Assembly (NCBI GenBank): GCA_052386995.1
Contig: JBQTJP010000221.1
Span: forward strand, 1 to 11,589
Direction: 5' to 3'
Length of the DNA: 11,589 nucleotides
Source: Armatimonadota bacterium
GTDB lineage: Bacteria; Sysuimicrobiota; Sysuimicrobiia; Sysuimicrobiales; Humicultoraceae
Shown here: piece after piece, positions 6,830 to 11,589 of the stretch
How positions within the stretch are numbered: the first letter of the stretch is position 1
How the letters are laid out: every line of letters begins with the position of its first letter
Notes under the pieces: generated by a model
What the model saw: only the letters and a program-made list of their open reading frames with translations
What the model was told of the DNA's origin: nothing
The model's database searches: none
Program-made: the position numbers and the translations under genes

Positions 6830-7767
6830 CACGCCCCGCGATCGGCCTGCACGGGATTGGTGAGAATCCCCAGCCGCTCGACCTGACATTCGATCACATC
6901 GCCCGCCTTAAGGAACTCACCGGTGGCGCCGCCGACGCCTTGCGGTGTGCCGGTGGCGATCACGTCGCCCGGGGCGAGGGTCATGATCGACGACGCGAAT
7001 GACACGAGCTCGGCGACGGAGTAGATCATCTCTCTGGTATTGCCGCGCTGCCGCGTGCGGCCGTTCAGCCGCAGCTCCAGGGTGAGGTCCTGAGGGTCGG
7101 GAATCTCGTCGGCTGTGACGACCCAGGGCCCCATGGGCGCAAAGCCGTCGAACCACTTGCCGTGGAGCCAGTCGAAGAACTTGTCCCACTCCCGGGGCGT
7201 GCGGCCGTCGGGCACCTTGATGCGCCGCTCGGAGATGTCGTTGACGATCGTGTATCCGAAGACATGGCTGAGCGCGTCGTCGACCGGGACGTGCTTTCCG
7301 CGGCGGCCGATCACCGCGGCGACCTCGACCTCCCAGTCGATGGCTTGCCCGTCGCGCGGAACGGCAATCGGCGCGCCGGGACCCACGATGGTCGTGGCGG
7401 GCTTCAGGAAGAGCCACGGGGTGAAGGCGTGGCGGTCCTGCGGCGCCTCCTGCCCGGCCTCGGCGATGTGCGCGGCATAGTTCGACGCGACGCAGATCAA
7501 TTTTTCGCAGTGCGGAAGCGGCGCGCGCAGCGGCACCTGACCGAGAGGCCGCCGGTACGCGCGTAGCGCGGGGGCGTGGACATCGGCGACGCGCTCGGCA
7601 AGACGTGGCAGGAAGCCGTCGTGCCCGAGCACGTCGAGCAGCGTCCGGGGAGGCGGCGAGCCATCCTCGCGCAGGCCCGTCCAGGCCGCGGTGAGGTCGA
7701 GCACCTGGTCTCCGGTGACGATGCCCACGGCGGGCCCGTTGGTGCTTCCGATCGCCGCCAGTTTCAT
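6829..7767 (-). CDS. Fumarylacetoacetate (FAH) hydrolase family protein
   Basis: KLICVASNYAAH, FLKP, IDWEVEVAAVIG, GYTIVNDISER, GKWFDGFAPMGPW, PGDVIATGTP.GVG. GGGAGGGG RBS. Confidence 0.92.
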   Translation of the reverse strand: MKLAAIGSTNGPAVGIVTGDQVLDLTAAWTGLREDGSPPPRTLLDVLGHDGFLPRLAERVADVHAPALRAYRRPLGQVPLRAPLPHCEKLICVASNYAAHIAEAGQEAPQDRHAFTPWLFLKPATTIVGPGAPIAVPRDGQAIDWEVEVAAVIGRRGKHVPVDDALSHVFGYTIVNDISERRIKVPDGRTPREWDKFFDWLHGKWFDGFAPMGPWVVTADEIPDPQDLTLELRLNGRTRQRGNTREMIYSVAELVSFASSIMTLAPGDVIATGTPQGVGGATGEFLKAGDVIECQVERLGILTNPVQADRGA

Positions 7768-7786
7768 ACGAAGGCTCCCCTCCCGC

Positions 7787-8620
7787 CTACTGCACCATCG
7801 CTCCGCCCGTCAGGCCACGGATGAGATACCGTTGAAACATGAGCGCGGCGACGACCGGCGGGATCAACCCGATCATGCCGCGGGCCACGATCAACGGGTA
7901 GTCGACGAAGAACACGCCTTCGACGTCGGCAATAGCCACCATCAACGTGCGCGCCCGGGCGAGCGTGAAGAGCAGCCCAAACAGGTAGTCGTTCCATGAC
8001 GTGATCATCGACAGCACCGCCGCCACGGTCAACGCGGGAGCGCTGAGCGGGAGCACGATCCGCGCCATGGCCTGGAATCGCGTGGCACCATCCACCATCG
8101 CGGCTTCCTCGAACGCGACGGGCAGGTTCTCGAAAAACGTGCGCATGATGAGAATGCACACGGGGAGCACGAGGATGGTGTGCGTCAGCACAAGAGCCGC
8201 GATCGTGTCGATCAGCCCCAGCGCCCGCATGGTCACGAACAACGGAATGGCCAGCGTGAACGCGGGCACCATGCGCAGCAGAAAAATGCTGAGAAACAGC
8301 TGGCGTTTGAAGCGGAAGTTGAAACGCGCGAACGCGTACGCGGCGCACGCGCCGGTCGCCAGAGCCAGCAGCGTTGTCAGGCCGGCCACGGCGACGGTGT
8401 TCCGGATGGCGCGCGTGAACCCGCTGTCCGCCAGGGCCGCCCGGTAGCTTCTCAACGTGACCGTTTGGGGGAGATATCGCAGCGGTGTCGCCACCATCTC
8501 GTACTGCGGGCGGATGCTCGAACTCCCAATCCAGTAGACAGGGAAGAGCGCCCAGACCGCGACGACCACGACCGCCGCGTACACGAAGAGGTACTTGGCG
8601 CCGCGCCGGGCCCGTCTCAC
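7787..8620 (-). CDS. Carbohydrate ABC transporter permease (MalG-like)
   Basis: Several hydrophobic segments, AAYAFARFNF, EAA loop FEEAAMVDGA, SWNDYLF, QRYLIRGLTGGA. GTG start overlaps the upstream stop. Confidence 0.92.
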   Translation of the reverse strand: MRRARRGAKYLFVYAAVVVVAVWALFPVYWIGSSSIRPQYEMVATPLRYLPQTVTLRSYRAALADSGFTRAIRNTVAVAGLTTLLALATGACAAYAFARFNFRFKRQLFLSIFLLRMVPAFTLAIPLFVTMRALGLIDTIAALVLTHTILVLPVCILIMRTFFENLPVAFEEAAMVDGATRFQAMARIVLPLSAPALTVAAVLSMITSWNDYLFGLLFTLARARTLMVAIADVEGVFFVDYPLIVARGMIGLIPPVVAALMFQRYLIRGLTGGAMVQ

Positions 8621-9540
8621 CGCTCGGTCACCAGCGCGGCCTCCGCCGACGCCCGGACGTACAGGAACGAGAGCACCAGAATCCCCGCGGTCAGCGTAAA
8701 TGCCATCGCGGCGCCGTAGCCGAAGTCCAGGTACCTGAAGGCGGTGCGAAAGATCGTGTAGTTCAGCACCATGGTCTGACCACCGGGGCCGCCGCGCGTG
8801 AGGATATCCACGATGGCGAAAACGTGCAGCGCGTCCACGAGCACCAGGATGGTGGCCAGGAGCGTGACCGTCCGCAACAGCGGCAGGGTGATGTGCCTGA
8901 ATCGCCGTGTCGATCCGGCGCCATCGACCTGGGCAGCTTCATACAATTCTGGCGGGACGCTTTCGAGCCCGGCCAGGATCACCAGGGTCGGGAACGGGAG
9001 CACCTTCCACACATACGCCAGGATGAGGCTCGGCATGGGGAATTCCGTCACCCAGTTCACGCTCTGCGCGATCAGGCCCAGCCGGGCGAGCATGTCGTTG
9101 AGCGGACCAAAGTTCGGCGCGTAGAGCGATTTCCACATGAGGCCGTTGACCACCGGCGCCAGCGCCCAGGGAATCAAGACGACCGTCCTGATGATGCGCC
9201 GTCCGGGAAAATCCTGGTAGAGCAGCAAAGCCAGCAGATACGCGAGCAGGAGCAGGGCGGTGGCGCTCCCCGCGACGAAGATGGCCGTGATGCCCATGGA
9301 TGACAGCGTCTGCGGATCCGTCAGTATCTTGCTGAAGTTGTCGAGCCCGACGAACCGTTCCGGCGCGTTGATGCGGAACTGTAAGAAGCTGAGCCGCAGA
9401 GCCCCCAGCAAAGGGTAGGCCGCGACGGCTCCCAGCAGCAGCAAGGCGGGGAGCAGCAAGAGGAACGGCGTCGCCCGCACCCGCAGGCGACGCCGCAACT
9501 GCCCCGCTCGTGCTACACTTCGACGATCCGCAAAATTCAA
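8617..9540 (-). CDS. Carbohydrate ABC transporter permease (MalF-like)
   Basis: FVGLDNF, IPWAL.PVV, EAA loop ELYEAAQVDGA, FRHITLPLL, LTRGGPG, GYGAA. The TTG start is uncertain and a downstream GTG is possible. Confidence 0.9.
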   Translation of the reverse strand: MNFADRRSVARAGQLRRRLRVRATPFLLLLPALLLLGAVAAYPLLGALRLSFLQFRINAPERFVGLDNFSKILTDPQTLSSMGITAIFVAGSATALLLLAYLLALLLYQDFPGRRIIRTVVLIPWALAPVVNGLMWKSLYAPNFGPLNDMLARLGLIAQSVNWVTEFPMPSLILAYVWKVLPFPTLVILAGLESVPPELYEAAQVDGAGSTRRFRHITLPLLRTVTLLATILVLVDALHVFAIVDILTRGGPGGQTMVLNYTIFRTAFRYLDFGYGAAMAFTLTAGILVLSFLYVRASAEAALVTER

Positions 9541-9546
9541 TGCCGC

Positions 9547-10869
9547 CTAAGGCCCTTTCAAGATCCGGGCGACGGCCGCCGCCGCCGTGTTCAGCGCGTC
9601 GGGAATGGGCTTTCGCCCTCGGAGCGCGTTCTGCAGCTCGGCTTCGACGGTGTCCTCGATCCGGCCGTAGTCGGACCACACAAACCGCTTCACCGGATAC
9701 CTGCCGGCCTCTGCCGTGGCCGCCATGAGCGGACCCAGGTAGGCATCGCGGGTGAGCTCGGGATCCTGATACAGGCGCAGCGTCGGCGGAAGGTACCCGC
9801 GTGTCTTGAGGGCTTCGAGCTGGACCGACGTGGAGGTCATGTGCTGTAACAGCCTCCAGGCCTCCTCCACCACGCCCCGTCGTGCCGCGGATTTGGTAAT
9901 CGCGTACCCCTCGGAGCCGTGGATTGTCGCGCTCCGCGTCACCGACGCGTCGAGCGACGGGAGAATCGTGATCCCGACGTTCCCGATAACGTCCTTCGTC
10001 GCGCGGTTGGGATCATGAGACTCCGCCCACCCCGAGCCCCACATCGACATCATGGCGACGCGCCCGGCGTTGAACACCTGCCGTGTCGCGCCGTTGCCCA
10101 GCTGCAGCTGGCCGACATCCATACACTTGTGCGTGTGGACGAAATCGTAGATCACCTGCAGCGCCCGAACCCCACGCCGGTCGTTGAAGGTTGGGTTGCC
10201 TCGGGCATCCAGAACCTCTCCCCCGGCCCGATACAGCCAGCGCTCGAACGTGTTGAGCATCGGCGAGCCGCCTTCCATGCTTTCGGCGTAGCCCCACTGG
10301 TCGATTCGCCCGTCGCCGTCCCGGTCGCGCGTCAGCTTCTTGCACGCGGTGACGAGCTCGTCGAGCGTCTGCGGCGGCTTGTTGGGGTCGAGCCCCGCCT
10401 CCTGGAACATCTTCTTGTTCCAGTAGAAATAGTACAGCGTGACGTGCCGCGGCACGCCGTAGAAATGCCCGGCGGCCGACACGGGATGGAGTGCATACGA
10501 GAGGAGGGAGTCGCGCTGCGGCTGCGGCCAGCGATCGTCGATCGCCTGGAAAAACGGCCAGAACTCGTTTGTCCAACCGCCCCACGTCTTGGTGATGTCG
10601 ATGGGGGTATCCCCCGCCGCAAAGCTGGTCGCAAGCCGCGTGTGGATCCCGGGCCAGGGAGAGGCAATCCATTCGACGCGAACCCGCCCGTTCGTCACGC
10701 GCTCGTAGTCCATGGCTGCCTTATGCCACGGGCCAACCTGCGGGCCCTCGTCGAGCACCCGCAGGGTCAGCGGCTGCTGCGCACGCAGCGGCGCATAGCT
10801 CAGCAACGGAACGGCGATCAGCGCCGCAAGCACGAAAGCCACGGTGTACGTCGTGCGTTTCCTCATCAT
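9547..10869 (-). CDS. Carbohydrate ABC transporter substrate-binding protein (SBP family 1)
   Basis: Sec-type signal peptide (RKR, hydrophobic core, LRA|QQ), YGVP, YWNKKMFQEAGLDP..PPQTLDEL, FNAGRVAM. GAGGGGGG RBS and ATGA overlap with the GntR stop. Confidence 0.92.
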   Translation of the reverse strand: MMRKRTTYTVAFVLAALIAVPLLSYAPLRAQQPLTLRVLDEGPQVGPWHKAAMDYERVTNGRVRVEWIASPWPGIHTRLATSFAAGDTPIDITKTWGGWTNEFWPFFQAIDDRWPQPQRDSLLSYALHPVSAAGHFYGVPRHVTLYYFYWNKKMFQEAGLDPNKPPQTLDELVTACKKLTRDRDGDGRIDQWGYAESMEGGSPMLNTFERWLYRAGGEVLDARGNPTFNDRRGVRALQVIYDFVHTHKCMDVGQLQLGNGATRQVFNAGRVAMMSMWGSGWAESHDPNRATKDVIGNVGITILPSLDASVTRSATIHGSEGYAITKSAARRGVVEEAWRLLQHMTSTSVQLEALKTRGYLPPTLRLYQDPELTRDAYLGPLMAATAEAGRYPVKRFVWSDYGRIEDTVEAELQNALRGRKPIPDALNTAAAAVARILKGP

Positions 10870-11588
10870 CGGTCCCCCCTCTGATTGACATCTTCGGTCG
10901 GACGACTGGCACCGACACGACCATTACTACCACGCATCCCGATGGTCTTCAGGCGGTCGACGACTGCTCTCTTCACGCTGTCGATGTGCGCGACGAACGC
11001 CGCTTCGGCCGCGCCGGCATTCGTCCTCGTCAAGGCAGTCAGCAGGATCTCATGGCGCTCGACAAATCCCTCCCGGGCGTTGGGTTGCGCGGTCCTTCGC
11101 GTCAGCGAATCAAAGAACCACAACACCGGGCCCACCGACGTCCACATGCGATGCAAGACGGGGTTCCCGGCCATGCCCACCACGGCCTCGTGAAAGGCGA
11201 TGTTGTGCACGGCGGCCTGTGGCCAGTTGCCCGCCTCCACCGCGGCGCCCATGCGGTCGATGACCTCGCGCAGCTCTCGGACCTGCGTTTCGCTGAGGTG
11301 CCCGGCAACAGTATGGGCCGCACATCCTTCGAGTAACTCGCGCATGGCGTAACAATGCGCCGCGTCTTCCGCGGACAAGGATGCGAGAAAGAATCCGCGC
11401 CGCGGGATACGGACGATGAGCCCCGAGCCCTCCAGATAGGTCAAGGCCTCGCGCACCGGGGTGCGGCTGATCCCGAGCTGCGCGCTGATCGTGCTCTCGT
11501 TCAAGCGATCCCCCGGGCCAAGGCTGCCCTCGTAGCTGGCCTTAAGAATGAACGCCTGCACCTGATGGTGCAGTGACCGAACCTGAAT
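10866..11588 (-). CDS. GntR family (FCD/FadR subfamily) transcriptional regulator, 5' end outside the window
   Basis: wHTH PGDRLNE..IS.QLGISRTPVREAL..L...GLI...PRRG and FCD motifs RELLE, NIAFH, H..I, AHI. The frame stays open to the window edge (IQVRSLHHQV...), so the true start lies beyond 11589. Confidence 0.9.
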   Translation of the reverse strand: MQVRSLHHQVQAFILKASYEGSLGPGDRLNESTISAQLGISRTPVREALTYLEGSGLIVRIPRRGFFLASLSAEDAAHCYAMRELLEGCAAHTVAGHLSETQVRELREVIDRMGAAVEAGNWPQAAVHNIAFHEAVVGMAGNPVLHRMWTSVGPVLWFFDSLTRRTAQPNAREGFVERHEILLTALTRTNAGAAEAAFVAHIDSVKRAVVDRLKTIGMRGSNGRVGASRPTEDVNQRGDR

Positions 11589-11589
11589 G

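Noticed and set aside
1..11589. CRISPR arrays, tRNA/rRNA, IS elements, long repeats
   Set aside because: The window is almost entirely coding, with gaps of 64 bp or less, and no such patterns were seen by eye.

Overview
GC-rich bacterial DNA, probably from a diderm, with two convergent blocks. The + strand (1-894) carries the last 12 codons of a probable SAM-dependent methyltransferase, then an ArsM (arsenite methyltransferase)-like gene that the ORF track splits at an in-frame TGA (664-666). That TGA sits at the conserved C-terminal catalytic Cys position (YAG-U-LAGTL) and is followed by a bacterial SECIS-like hairpin, so the gene most likely encodes one 270-aa selenoprotein (82-894). The other canonical ArsM cysteines are replaced (LGCGNP->LGMGNP, SNCV->SNGV). 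The - strand (11589->904) carries a tightly packed 12-gene run: GntR regulator (5' end outside the window), CUT1 sugar ABC binding protein and two permeases (no ATPase), FAH-family hydrolase, two Gfo/Idh/MocA oxidoreductases, an LRA5-like SDR, a PLP alpha-oxoamine synthase, an SDH-type ClpP-fold serine protease and two tandem SRPBCC proteins. No RNA genes, CRISPR arrays or mobile elements were seen. All family calls come from motif recognition; no database searches were run.
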